Shown here piece after piece: positions 37,056 to 46,588 of a stretch of 64,000 nt of DNA (position 1 is the stretch's first letter; the number at the start of each line of letters is the position of its first letter). Source of the DNA: Bradyrhizobiaceae bacterium (GTDB taxonomy: Bacteria > Pseudomonadota > Alphaproteobacteria > Rhizobiales > Xanthobacteraceae). The position numbers were made by a program, and so were the translations under genes. The stretch is from positions 376,574 through 440,573 of the forward strand of contig CP078014.1 in assembly GCA_020544565.1 (NCBI GenBank), read 5' to 3'. A model generated the notes under the pieces. It had not been told where the DNA came from and did not search any database. It worked only from the letters and a program-made list of their open reading frames with translations.

Positions 37056-37622
37056 TCAGGCCGATGACGGCGTGGCCGCCGCCGCGCGCAGCTTGCGGGT
37101 GATGACGACGCGGAACACGACATACTGGATGGCGAAAGCCAGCACCTTGGCGCCCACGGCGATCACCGAGACGTAGATCGCCCACAGCCGGATGTCGCCG
37201 GTCAGGGCCACGGCGATGGTGCCGAGGCCGAGGGCGAACATCAGCGCCGCCCACGCATAGCCCGCAAGGATGGCGAGGCGGGGAATGAGGTCGCGCACCT
37301 TGGGCGGCGAGTAGCGCAGCATCCAGCCGCGCTTGAGCATGATGGCGCCGATGGCGAAATGGGCGATGCTGGGTTTGATCAGGACGAAGCGGGGATCGTT
37401 GGTCAATAGCGTGGCGCCGCCGAGCACGATCACCAGCGCGAGGCTCGCCATCGTCATGGTTTCGAGGGCCTGCCGCCGGATCAGCGCAACGGTGAACTGG
37501 CCAATGCCGCCGGCGATGGCAACGCCGGTAGCGATCAGGATGTTGCCGCTCGCGGCATAGACCGCGAGGAAGATGATGGTTGAAAAGAAATCGACGAAGA
37601 GCTGACGGAAGACGGCGGCCAT
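37056..37622 (-). CDS. yciB: Inner membrane protein, YciB/IspZ (septation protein A) family
   Basis: DFFSTIIFLAVY...ASLALVIVLGGATLLTNDPRFVLIKPSIAH. Confidence 0.8.
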   Translation of the reverse strand: MAAVFRQLFVDFFSTIIFLAVYAASGNILIATGVAIAGGIGQFTVALIRRQALETMTMASLALVIVLGGATLLTNDPRFVLIKPSIAHFAIGAIMLKRGWMLRYSPPKVRDLIPRLAILAGYAWAALMFALGLGTIAVALTGDIRLWAIYVSVIAVGAKVLAFAIQYVVFRVVITRKLRAAAATPSSA

Positions 37623-37671
37623 TCTGGACTCTCCCATGGCGGGCGGGGCCGGCGCAAGCCGCCCGGCGCAC

Positions 37672-38028
37672 TCAGGAGGCGTGTGCGGCCCGCGTGCCGG
37701 CCTCGCGGCGGAGCAGCGGGTGCGGGCGGCAGAAGCAATCGGACGAACTCTTGCCGGCGTGGACCGGCGGCGGTGCGACGGCGAAGGCGTCGTCGCCGGC
37801 GAGGGTGAGACCGGCGAGCGCGAGAACCACCGCGAGGCTCGCCCACACCAGCACGCCCGCCGGACGCCCCGAACTGCGGGTCAGCACCATCTGTGCGATG
37901 CTTGCGGTCACCGCGACGGCGGCTGCGGCCAGGACGTCGCCGAGGGTGACGAAGGCCGCGAAGAAAACGGCGGTGGAGAGAAACCCGGTCAAAGTCTTTT
38001 GCAGGGTGCGGGTCAGTACGCGGGCCAT
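37672..38028 (-). CDS. Short membrane protein resembling the N-terminal half of YciB
   Basis: GFLSTAVFFAAF..LGDVLAAAAVAV..SIAQ...WASLAVVLALAGLTL aligns by eye with the neighbouring YciB N-terminus. Confidence 0.6.
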   Translation of the reverse strand: MARVLTRTLQKTLTGFLSTAVFFAAFVTLGDVLAAAAVAVTASIAQMVLTRSSGRPAGVLVWASLAVVLALAGLTLAGDDAFAVAPPPVHAGKSSSDCFCRPHPLLRREAGTRAAHAS

Positions 38029-38169
38029 GGCTGGCTTTCTGTCGTGGCGTCGGTGTCAGGTCGTGGTGGCCGCGAGGCTGATCGTCACCGTGCTCAACAT
38101 CATCAGCGTGGCGAAGGTGGCGAACGGGGCGAGGATCAGGAACAGGGCCATCGAAGTGTTCCGACGAAT

Positions 38170-38243
38170 ATCTTGACGATGTAAAGATGCCTTTATCCGC
38201 GCGGATACGGCGTCGTCAAGCAAAATCTTGACAGTGTCAACAT
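38170..38243. promoter_or_regulatory. Two palindromic operators for the divergent TetR
   Basis: ATCTTGACGATGTAAAGAT (38170-38188) and ATCTTGACAGTGTCAACAT (38225-38243). Confidence 0.7.
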
Positions 38244-38262
38244 GCATGCCTAGTCTGCGCTG

Positions 38263-39051
38263 ATGGGCGCAGGGAACAGGATCGGGCCGAAGGCTGTGGG
38301 TTCCGCCTCCGGACGGAAGGCGGCGAGCGGCGGCGTCGGGTCGGGAAAGCCTCACCGCTCAACTGCTTCCGCGGCGGACAGGATCGCCGCGGCCGGCAAC
38401 AAGGGCTCGAAGCACAGGACGTCCGCGAACAAGGCGTTGGCGAAATCCGGACGCGGGCAGCCCTATCATCACGGCGATTTGCACGGCGCGCTGCTGCAGG
38501 CGGCCAGGCGCGTCGCCGACCGCGACGGGCTGAACGGCCTGACGCTGCGTGCCGTGGCGCGGGAGGCCGGCGTCTCCCATGCCGCGCCTGCGCATCATTT
38601 TGGCGATATCACCGGGCTGCTCAGCGAACTGGCGGCGATGGGGTTCGAGGCGTTCTCGGCGCAGATGGGCGCCAATACCTGCGAGGCCGGACGGCCCGGG
38701 GAGGCGGCGCAGCAGAAAGCGAGCGCCTATGTGGCTTTCGCCCGCGACAATCCCTGTCTGTTCCAGTTGATGTTCCGCGCCGAGCGGCTCGACCACACCC
38801 GACCGGCGTTGCAGGCGGCGTCGCAGAAGGCGTTCGCCAAGCTCGCCCTGATCGTCGGCGAGCGCCGCGGCGAGGCGATCGATCTCGACCATCTGACGCT
38901 GGCGCAGGCGGCCGGCATCGCGCGGCTGTGGTCGCTGGTGCACGGCTTCGCCATGCTGCGTCTCGATGGCCGTCTCCAGCATGTGCTCGATGCCGCGCCG
39001 CCCGGCACCACCGAGGAGATGCTGCTGGCGGCGATGATGCGGCCCGACTGA
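38263..39051 (+). CDS. TetR/AcrR family regulator (WHG-type C-terminus)
   Basis: YHHGDLHGALL...LTLRAVAREAGVSHAAPAHHF; WSLVHGFA; basic low-complexity N-terminus, start uncertain. Confidence 0.88.
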   Translation: MGAGNRIGPKAVGSASGRKAASGGVGSGKPHRSTASAADRIAAAGNKGSKHRTSANKALAKSGRGQPYHHGDLHGALLQAARRVADRDGLNGLTLRAVAREAGVSHAAPAHHFGDITGLLSELAAMGFEAFSAQMGANTCEAGRPGEAAQQKASAYVAFARDNPCLFQLMFRAERLDHTRPALQAASQKAFAKLALIVGERRGEAIDLDHLTLAQAAGIARLWSLVHGFAMLRLDGRLQHVLDAAPPGTTEEMLLAAMMRPD

Positions 39052-39200
39052 TCTGCGCGCCTGCGTCCTCCCGGTTCCCGCCGCCGGAGGTGTGGATCGT
39101 TGGCACGCGGGGCGGGAAAGCCATGTTGCCGCGTGCGGAATCGCATTACAAACTGGAGTGTGACGCCTTGTGTTTGTCCCGTTCAGTCCGTCAGTGAGCC

Positions 39201-39938
39201 ATGCCCGACATTTCCCCGAACAAGCCCTATCGCATCGGCCGGTCGAAGACCGGGCTCGGTCTCTTCGCCACCCGCAAGATCAAGAAGGGCAGCAAGATCA
39301 TCCGCTATTTCGGGCCGATGCTCGACTCGCGCAACAAGAAGCACCAGGACATCGACAACAAGTATCTGTTCGAGATCAACAACCGCTGGACCATCGATGG
39401 TTCGGTGCGCAAGAACATCGCCCGCTACATCAACCATGCCTGCCGCCCCAACGCGGAGTCCGACGTCAATACGCGCAAGCGCAAGGTGGTGATCCGCGCC
39501 GTCAAGACCATCCATCCGGGCGAGGAGATCAACTACGATTACGGCACCGACTACTTCAAGATCTTCCTCAAGCCGATCGGCTGCAAGTGCGACCACTGCG
39601 AGAAGAAGCGCGCCAAGAAAGAGGCTGACAAGCGCGCGGAAGCCCGCGCCGAGAAGCTGCGGCTGAAGCGCAAGGCCGAGAAGAAGGCGGCGAAGGACGC
39701 CGCCAAGCCGGCCAAGAGCAAGGCCGTCAAGACCAAGGCCGTCAAATCCAAGGCCCTCAAGACCAAAGCGGTGAAGACGAAGGCTGCGACAGCGAAGTCG
39801 GCGTCGAAGCTCGCGCGCGGCAAGGCCGGCCCTCATGCCCGGGGCACCGGCCAGCCGACCCGTACCAAGGCGTCGCGCACGAAACCGCTGGCAGGCGGCG
39901 CGGCCGCGCCGAGCCGCAAGCGCGCTTCCGCGATCTGA
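39201..39938 (+). CDS. SET-domain protein-lysine methyltransferase with post-SET Cys cluster and Lys/Ala-rich tail
   Basis: GLGLFA, ARYINHACRPN, GEEINYDY, CKCDHC; tail KAVKTKAVKSKALKTKAVKTKA. Confidence 0.9.
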   Translation: MPDISPNKPYRIGRSKTGLGLFATRKIKKGSKIIRYFGPMLDSRNKKHQDIDNKYLFEINNRWTIDGSVRKNIARYINHACRPNAESDVNTRKRKVVIRAVKTIHPGEEINYDYGTDYFKIFLKPIGCKCDHCEKKRAKKEADKRAEARAEKLRLKRKAEKKAAKDAAKPAKSKAVKTKAVKSKALKTKAVKTKAATAKSASKLARGKAGPHARGTGQPTRTKASRTKPLAGGAAAPSRKRASAI

Positions 39939-40012
39939 CCGTCGACATCGAGCCTGCATCGTCTCGCATGCGGGCGCGTCAGAGCAGGTTTCATTTGGAC
40001 GGAATTGCTCTT

Positions 40013-40133
40013 CGTCATGCCCGGCTTTATGCCGGGCATCCACGTCTCGGGAATTTCAGCAAGTGAAGACGTGGATGGCCGGGACAAAAGGGCGTACACG
40101 CCCGTCTTCGACGGGCTATGGCCCGGCCATGAT
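40013..40133. repeat. REP-like dimer with one inverted 32-bp module in the second hairpin loop
   Basis: cgtcatgcccggc...gccgggcatccacgtc...gacgtggatggccgggac[aaaagggcgtacacgcccgtcttcgacgggctatg]gcccggccatga. Confidence 0.8.
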
Positions 40134-40235
40134 GTATCGGTCTGTTTCCATCAAAACATGATCGCTCCAGGTGGCGGGCTTGCGTCACCGCCGGTTCGGC
40201 TTATCTTCCGGGCCTCGTCAGGCAAGGAGCGTCCC

Positions 40236-40895
40236 ATGACCGCCGTGAAGCCGCTGCAGATCGATATCGTCTCCGACGTGGTGTGTCCGTGGTGCTATAT
40301 CGGCAAGCGCCGCATCGAGAATGCGCTGGCGCTGGTGCCGGACGTTCCGGTCGAGGTCAACTGGCGGCCGTTCTTTCTCAATCCGTGGGTGCCGCGCGAG
40401 GGCATCTCGCGTGACGATTATCTGACCACGAAGTTCGGCTCGCCTGCGGCCTACGCCAACATCGCGGCGCGGGTGGTGGCGGCGGCGGCCGAGGACGGTC
40501 TCGAATATCATCCCGATCGCGTCAAACGTCAGCCCAACACCATCGATTGCCACCGCCTGATCCACTGGGCCGCGGCGCAGGGCAAGGCGGCGGCGATGAA
40601 GCAGCGGCTGATGGAGCTTTATTTCCGCGACGGCGGCGACCTCACCGACGCCGAGGTGCTGGTGCGCGCGGCGTCGGATGTCGGGCTCGATGCCGACAGC
40701 GTCCGCAAGCGCCTTGCAAGCGATGAGGACGTGGCGCTGGTGTCGGCGCAGGCGCAGGAGGCGTCCGACAAGGGCATCTCCGGGGTGCCGACTTACGTGT
40801 TCGCGCAGAAATACGCCGTCTCCGGCGCTCAGCCGCCGGAGCAACTGGCCCGCGCCATCCGTCAGGTCGCCGCCGAGATCAATCAGGCGGCCTGA
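40236..40895 (+). CDS. DsbA-family oxidoreductase (FrnE-like)
   Basis: DIVSDVVCPWCYIGKRR; ISGVPTYVF; VSGAQPPE. Confidence 0.9.
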   Translation: MTAVKPLQIDIVSDVVCPWCYIGKRRIENALALVPDVPVEVNWRPFFLNPWVPREGISRDDYLTTKFGSPAAYANIAARVVAAAAEDGLEYHPDRVKRQPNTIDCHRLIHWAAAQGKAAAMKQRLMELYFRDGGDLTDAEVLVRAASDVGLDADSVRKRLASDEDVALVSAQAQEASDKGISGVPTYVFAQKYAVSGAQPPEQLARAIRQVAAEINQAA

Positions 40896-40897
40896 GT

Positions 40898-42154
40898 TTA
40901 CGCCGTCGCCGCGGCGGCCGTAGGCATGGGCAGTTTCGCCGGCAGGCAGGCGACCGCGACGAAGATCAGCGATGCGGCGCCGGCCATCAGCCAGAACAGC
41001 GTGTCGAAGCCGTAATTGCCATAGACGAACGAGATCAGCGGCAGCGCCAGCGCCAGCACGGTGAAACTCACCACATAGCGGACGCCGTAGATGCGGGCGC
41101 GGGCCTCGCCGCTCGCCATCTTGCCGATCATGAAATCGTTGATCGGGATCTGTCCGAACGCGCCGAGCATGAAGCCGAGGGCGGCGGCCAGCGCCCAGCC
41201 GTCGCGCAGGCCCGGCATCGCCGAGAAGAACACGATCTGCATCGCGGCAGCGATCATGAACACGATGCGCGGACCAAACCGGTCGAGCAGGTGGCCCACC
41301 GCAAGTTGCGCCAGCGAGGCGACCGCGAACACGATGAAGGTGAACGCGCCGACCATGGTGGCAACGTCGCCGCCGGCGGGAAGGCCGAGCGCCGCGAGCC
41401 ATCGCGCCATTTCGCCGGCGATGCCCTGCAGGCGCTCGTCGAAGATCTTCGGCAGCGCAAAGGTGGTGGACTGAAACACCAGGCTCGACACCGCCGCAGT
41501 GACGAACACGATCACCGAGATGCGCAGCAGCAGCGCCCTGACGTCGGGGCTGTAGGCGGGTCCGGCGGCGGCCGGCGCGGCCATCCTGCGATGCGCGGCC
41601 ACGACCTCGTTCCATTGATGGAGGGTGTAGAGCACGCCGACGAGGATGGAGATCACGCCCGGCACGATGAAGGCCATCCGCCAGCCGCCATGGTCGATGA
41701 AATAGCCGGTGATGAGGGCGGCGCTGGCGACGCCGAGATTGCCCCACACGCCGTTCACCGCGAGGCGCATGCCGGTATTCTTCCATTTCTGCGTGACGAT
41801 GGCGAGGCCGACCGGATGATAGATCGCGGCGAACACCCCAACCACGAACAGCCCGATGCCGATCTGCAGCGGCGTCTGGGCGAAGGCGGTGGCGATCGAC
41901 GCGATGCCGATGCCGACGAAGAACACCGCAATCATGCCCTCGCGGCTCCATTTGTCGGCGAGCCAGCCCGCCGGCCACGAGAACAGGGCGAAGGCGAAGA
42001 AGCCCGGCGCGGCATATGTCAGCAACTGGCTGTAGCTCAGCCCCCATTCGCGTGACAGCGCCAGCGCCGCCACGGTGGCGAAGATCAGCGTGAACAGGTG
42101 GTCGAGATAGTGGCCGATGTTCAGGAACAGGAAATCGATGCGGTCGCGCGTCAT
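40898..42154 (-). CDS. MFS transporter
   Basis: About 12 hydrophobic segments; GWLADKWSR motif-A-like; AAIYHPVG. Confidence 0.88.
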   Translation of the reverse strand: MTRDRIDFLFLNIGHYLDHLFTLIFATVAALALSREWGLSYSQLLTYAAPGFFAFALFSWPAGWLADKWSREGMIAVFFVGIGIASIATAFAQTPLQIGIGLFVVGVFAAIYHPVGLAIVTQKWKNTGMRLAVNGVWGNLGVASAALITGYFIDHGGWRMAFIVPGVISILVGVLYTLHQWNEVVAAHRRMAAPAAAGPAYSPDVRALLLRISVIVFVTAAVSSLVFQSTTFALPKIFDERLQGIAGEMARWLAALGLPAGGDVATMVGAFTFIVFAVASLAQLAVGHLLDRFGPRIVFMIAAAMQIVFFSAMPGLRDGWALAAALGFMLGAFGQIPINDFMIGKMASGEARARIYGVRYVVSFTVLALALPLISFVYGNYGFDTLFWLMAGAASLIFVAVACLPAKLPMPTAAAATA

Positions 42155-42323
42155 GGCAGCCTCAAGAAGGAGTCTTGCCTGAAAAGTACCTTGGCGAAAT
42201 GGCGCTGTCATGCCACAAATCATCGAGAATCTGCCACAAGCCGCGCCGCGTGCGGGCGTCCGCTGTTCCATCCGACCACAGAGCCCGTCGCCGCAGCGCC
42301 TTGTCCGACGGGCGAGTCCTCCG

Positions 42324-43109
42324 ATGACGAAATCTCCGCGCCACCTCCGCAGCACCGACGCCAACGACTACCAGCTCGTGCCGCGCCCACTGGGGGCGAT
42401 GTCGAAAAGCTTCCCGGACGGGTGGGAGATCGCGCCGCATCACCACGCCCGCGACCAGTTCGTCTATGCGGTGACCGGCGTGATGCGCTTGCGCACGCGG
42501 GACGAGGCGTGGATTGTGCCGCCGGACCGCGCGGTGTATCTGCCCGCGCGCACCGATCATTCGATCAGCATGCGCGGCCGGGTGGAGATGCGCACGCTCT
42601 ACATCTCGCGCGCGGCGCATGATGCTTTGCCGGAGGCGCCGACGGTGCTCGAAGTCTCGCCGCTGTTGCGCGAGCTGGTGCTGGCGCTGATCGAGGAGCC
42701 GGTCGATTATGACGAGCAGGGGCGCGCGGGCGCAGTGGCGTTTCTGATCCTGACCGAGATCGCCCGGGCGCGGCGGCTGTCGCTGATGATCCCGATGCCG
42801 CGCGATCCGCGGTTGCTGCGGGTCTGCAACGCGTTATTGGCCGACCCGGCGAGCCGCGTCACCCTCGACGGCTGGAGCGAGCAGGCGGGCGCGTCCGCGC
42901 GCACGCTGGCGCGATTGTTCGAGGCCGAACTGGGAATGAGCTTCGCGGCATGGCGGCAGCGGGTGCGGTTTCACAACGCGCTGGAGGCCATCGTCGGCGG
43001 CGCGCCGATCGCGCGGGTGGCGGAGCGCAACGGCTATCGCAGTTCGAGCGCGTTCTCCGCCGCCTTCCGCAAGGCGATGGGGCAGGCGCCCAGCGCGCTG
43101 CGGGCGTGA
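42324..43109 (+). CDS. AraC family regulator with cupin sensor domain
   Basis: PHHHARDQFVYA; ASARTLARLF...WRQRVR; GYRSSSAFSAAFRK; divergent from MFS gene; start uncertain. Confidence 0.9.
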   Translation: MTKSPRHLRSTDANDYQLVPRPLGAMSKSFPDGWEIAPHHHARDQFVYAVTGVMRLRTRDEAWIVPPDRAVYLPARTDHSISMRGRVEMRTLYISRAAHDALPEAPTVLEVSPLLRELVLALIEEPVDYDEQGRAGAVAFLILTEIARARRLSLMIPMPRDPRLLRVCNALLADPASRVTLDGWSEQAGASARTLARLFEAELGMSFAAWRQRVRFHNALEAIVGGAPIARVAERNGYRSSSAFSAAFRKAMGQAPSALRA

Positions 43110-43129
43110 GTTGAGATGGAGGTTATCTT

Positions 43130-43238
43130 CGTCATGCCCGGCTCTATGCCGGGCATCCACGTCTTGAGAGCTTCAGCGAGTGAAGACGTGGATGGCCGGG
43201 ACACAAAGTCTTCGGCGGGCTGCGGCCCGGCCATGACG
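43130..43238. repeat. REP-like dimer with degenerate loop module
   Basis: cgtcatgcccggctctatgccgggcatccacgtc...gacgtggatggccgggac[acaaagtcttcggcgggctgc]ggcccggccatgacg. Confidence 0.8.
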
Positions 43239-43307
43239 CATCAGACTGTTTCCGTTAAAACTTGTGACGCTCCAGGTTTATGGATTGAGAACGCCGGACC
43301 TGAACCC

Positions 43308-44252
43308 TCACGCCTTCTTCAGATAGTAGTTCGCGTTTTTGCCAAGCGCGATGCGGCGGATGATCCGGCGCATGGCCGGCGATCCGCGCAGCGGCTCGAC
43401 CATGGCGGCGGCGCTGCGATAGACGGCGAGCTTCGTGCCGTCGAACGTGGGGTGTTTGCCCGGAGCCGCCTGCGGCAGGCCGAGGCCGCGCAGCATCGCG
43501 TTGACGCGGTGCAGGTCGTTCAGGCGGCTGACCTCCTTGGTCTTCCAGGTGATCGCCAGCGAGATGGAGTAGGAACTCGCCGTCTTCACCCAGTGCGGCC
43601 ACTGGTAGGGCACGTAGCAGCCGTCGCCGCCGTTGAGATGGAATTCCGTGCCGCGCGCCTTGAAGCCGTCATGATAGGGCACGTTGCGGTGCTTGACCGT
43701 GGAATGCTCGACCTGCGCGTTGTCGGCGATGGTCCCGTCGCGGTTGTCGTAGATCGCGAAGATCTTCTCGCCGTGAATCTGGACGAAGAAATTGTCTTCG
43801 GCATCCATGTGGAACGGCGTCGTCGAATGCGGCGACGACACGAACAGGAAGCCCTCGATGCGGGAGAATCCGGCATCTTCCACGCTGGCAAAGCCGCGCG
43901 CGCGGGCGACCGATGTCAGCGCGTCGCGCAGCAGCGCGCCATAGGCGGGCGATGTTTCCACCCGCTTGAGCACCATCCAGGCGCCGGCGCTTTCGATGCG
44001 CTTGACGATCTCGACGGGATCGAGATCGACGCTTTTCACCTTGTCCGGATCCTGGCTGACCGCGGCGTCGCCCGAATTGTATTCGATCTGGTCGCGCGGC
44101 AGTTCGGCGGCAAGCTGGGCGATGCGCGGCAGCGTCAACAGCGGATGCCCCGACAGCCGGTGGCGGATAGCGAAGGGCCTGAGCGGAAAATCGCGCGTCA
44201 GCGCCTCGTTGTCGGCGGTGATCGTCGGCGAGATTGTGGCAGCGGCGTTCAT
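43308..44252 (-). CDS. JmjC/cupin-like Fe(II)/2-oxoglutarate dioxygenase
   Basis: TTPFHMDAEDNFFVQIHGEK...YVPYQWPHWV gives an HxD...H triad; ATGA-coupled to upstream GNAT. Confidence 0.75.
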   Translation of the reverse strand: MNAAATISPTITADNEALTRDFPLRPFAIRHRLSGHPLLTLPRIAQLAAELPRDQIEYNSGDAAVSQDPDKVKSVDLDPVEIVKRIESAGAWMVLKRVETSPAYGALLRDALTSVARARGFASVEDAGFSRIEGFLFVSSPHSTTPFHMDAEDNFFVQIHGEKIFAIYDNRDGTIADNAQVEHSTVKHRNVPYHDGFKARGTEFHLNGGDGCYVPYQWPHWVKTASSYSISLAITWKTKEVSRLNDLHRVNAMLRGLGLPQAAPGKHPTFDGTKLAVYRSAAAMVEPLRGSPAMRRIIRRIALGKNANYYLKKA

Positions 44253-45442
44253 GAACGGCCCTTCCGGATTTTGCGGATGAACTTGAGAAGATGGCGCGCC
44301 GGTGCGCGGATCTGCCAGCGCAACGCCAGCGCATGGCGGATCACCGGCACCATCGGATCGCGGAGCTTGAGCGGGATCAGCACGTCGCCGATAGCGAGGC
44401 GGTCGCGCCAGATCGGATCGATCATCGGGTGACCCGGAGCGGCAGTGGAATCCACGGTGGCGATGTCCGGATCGGCGCACAGATGGCGCGTCAGCTCCAG
44501 CGTAAGCTGGACGCCGGGGGAATACCGGGCGAAGCGCTCGTCGACGCCGAGCTTGAAATAGAACGCGCGATCGAGATGGCGCAGCACGAGGGCCGAGGCG
44601 ACCGGCGTCGCGCCGGCATGGAGGGTGACGATCTCGCATTGGCCTTGCGCGGCCAGATCGCGCGCCGCGCGGCGGGCGAACGCCGCGTCGCCATCGCTGC
44701 GCGCCAGCGCGGTGCCGCGGCGGCCCTTCCAGCCGCTGGTCTCGAGAGCGAGAAACGTCTCGACCGCGCGTTCGGTCTCGTCCGGCGCGCTGGCAACGGT
44801 GAAGACGACGTCGCCGTGCTCGGCGAGGCGGTTGCGCTGGCGACGCAACTCCTTCAGCTTCTTGCCGCCAAGGGCCTCGCGCAGCAGCACGTCGGCGTCG
44901 CGGGTGGCATCAAGCATGGCGCGGACGTGGCGCCGCAGAACATGGGGCTTCAGCCCGTCTCGGGACAGGGCGGCAGTGAAGGCCGCCATGGCCGCGCCGT
45001 CGAGCGACATGTCGCGCAGGATCAGGGCATGGGCGCCGGCCACGCGCGCCTGGCGCATCAGTTGCGCGGCCGCGGTTTCGGCCCTGTCGCGGGCAAGCAG
45101 CGGCGTGCCGAGGGTGCCATAGGGGTCGGCGCTGACCAGCGCCGGCAACGGCAGACCATAGGCGCGCCGCGCCGTGATCACCGGCAGAAGCCCGATCAGC
45201 CGCGCTCCGTCGCCCGGCGGTGTGGTGGCGGCGAGGGCGCGCGCACCGGTGCGGCCGCTGGCGCAGGCGTTCACGGCCAGCTCCCAGTCCGGCAGAAAAT
45301 AACCATTGGGTTCGGCGGCATGGCCGGCGAGGTCGCGCCAGCGCTCCGGCGCGAGAGTCTCGAGCGGCGCGAGCGCGACGTTCACGCTGGGCGCAGGCGC
45401 CACCTGTCCGCCGCGCCGCCATGTATAAGCCGCATCCGCCAT
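44249..45442 (-). CDS. GNAT-family acyltransferase (CelD/BcsL-like, tandem GNAT)
   Basis: KKLKELRRQRNRLAE; FLALETSGWKG; FYFKLGVDERFARYSPG. Confidence 0.8.
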   Translation of the reverse strand: MADAAYTWRRGGQVAPAPSVNVALAPLETLAPERWRDLAGHAAEPNGYFLPDWELAVNACASGRTGARALAATTPPGDGARLIGLLPVITARRAYGLPLPALVSADPYGTLGTPLLARDRAETAAAQLMRQARVAGAHALILRDMSLDGAAMAAFTAALSRDGLKPHVLRRHVRAMLDATRDADVLLREALGGKKLKELRRQRNRLAEHGDVVFTVASAPDETERAVETFLALETSGWKGRRGTALARSDGDAAFARRAARDLAAQGQCEIVTLHAGATPVASALVLRHLDRAFYFKLGVDERFARYSPGVQLTLELTRHLCADPDIATVDSTAAPGHPMIDPIWRDRLAIGDVLIPLKLRDPMVPVIRHALALRWQIRAPARHLLKFIRKIRKGRS

Positions 45443-45739
45443 CTCGCCCCCGTCCATTCCAACTTCTTCACATGCCGTCCGGGCGTGGAGAAACGATGCC
45501 CGCGCCGCGCCGTTTCCGGCCCCGTTCAGGAACGCTACCCGCCAAACTTCAAGATCGGATTGGGGATGAAAGCTAAATGCCGGATTTTGCTTTTATCTCT
45601 TGTTATCCATGAGCCGTCCGTCGCAGCTTTCCGCCTGCCCCGGAGCCCGCGCGGGCTTAAGGAACTTTAAGTATTTGCACCTACCATTGGTTGGCAGGAA
45701 TACCGTTCGCACGCGGAGTGTGCGCATCATCGGGTCGCC

Positions 45740-46066
45740 ATGAGCAAGGAACTTCGCAAAAATCCGCGCATCGAATTCGATCGCGGCATCGAGGTGCAGA
45801 TCATGGGCATCGACGGCACATGGCGCCGTCAGTGCCGGATGATGGACGTGTCCGAGAACGGCGCGCTTCTGACCATCACGGGGTCGTTCGCCGGTCTCGA
45901 TCTCAAGGAGTTCTTTCTGCTGTTGTCTTCGACAGGCCTCGCCTATCGCAAATGCAAGCTGGTGCGCGTGAACGGCGACCAGGTGGGCGTGAGCTTTCTT
46001 AAGCCTGAGGTCAAGCGCAAGTCGGCTGCGACGCCGGCGCGGCGCGCCACGGCGATGAACGCCTGA
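45740..46066 (+). CDS. Stand-alone PilZ domain protein
   Basis: RKNPR (RxxxR) and DVSENG (DxSxxG). Confidence 0.88.
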   Translation: MSKELRKNPRIEFDRGIEVQIMGIDGTWRRQCRMMDVSENGALLTITGSFAGLDLKEFFLLLSSTGLAYRKCKLVRVNGDQVGVSFLKPEVKRKSAATPARRATAMNA

Positions 46067-46110
46067 CGACACCGCGCGGGCGACGTTCCGTTTCTGTATC
46101 GGAGTCCGCC

Positions 46111-46359
46111 ATGCATCACCCCCGTCGCTTTACCCGCATCCGCCCCACCGGGCGCCTGTCGCGGACCGGCGCCATCGTCCTAGACGCGAAGTCTCCGGTG
46201 ATCGATTGCGGCGTCGTGGATTATTCGGCGGGCGGCGCCTGCCTTGAGATCATCCCGCCGCGAAGCCTGCCGCAACGCTTCGATCTGCTCTATGCCGGCA
46301 CCCGGAAGAAATGCCGCATGGTGTGGGCGAACGGCACCCGCGTGGGCGTTTCGTTTTAG
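46111..46359 (+). CDS. Stand-alone PilZ domain protein
   Basis: RRFTR and DYSAGGA; C-terminal RVGVSF. Confidence 0.8.
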   Translation: MHHPRRFTRIRPTGRLSRTGAIVLDAKSPVIDCGVVDYSAGGACLEIIPPRSLPQRFDLLYAGTRKKCRMVWANGTRVGVSF

Positions 46360-46588
46360 CGTCGGCGTTGCCGCGCCAATGACGCAATCCGGCCGCACCC
46401 TGCGGGCCGTTCGCAGGGGAACTGGCGACCTGCGCCGTGCCGGGCTCGATGCCGACGTCTTGGCGCCGACGTCTTGGCCGCCGTCTGGTGGTGGGGTAGG
46501 GTGCCGCGGTCCCGGCGGTACGGCCGGTGTGGTGATGCGCGTCTTTGATGATTGTCCACAAAGACAGGGGATATCCGGGAGAGCAGGA

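Noticed and set aside
45657-45670. TTAA-N6-TTAA upstream of PilZ genes as a CtrA box
   Set aside because: Spacing is 6, not 7; not listed as a feature
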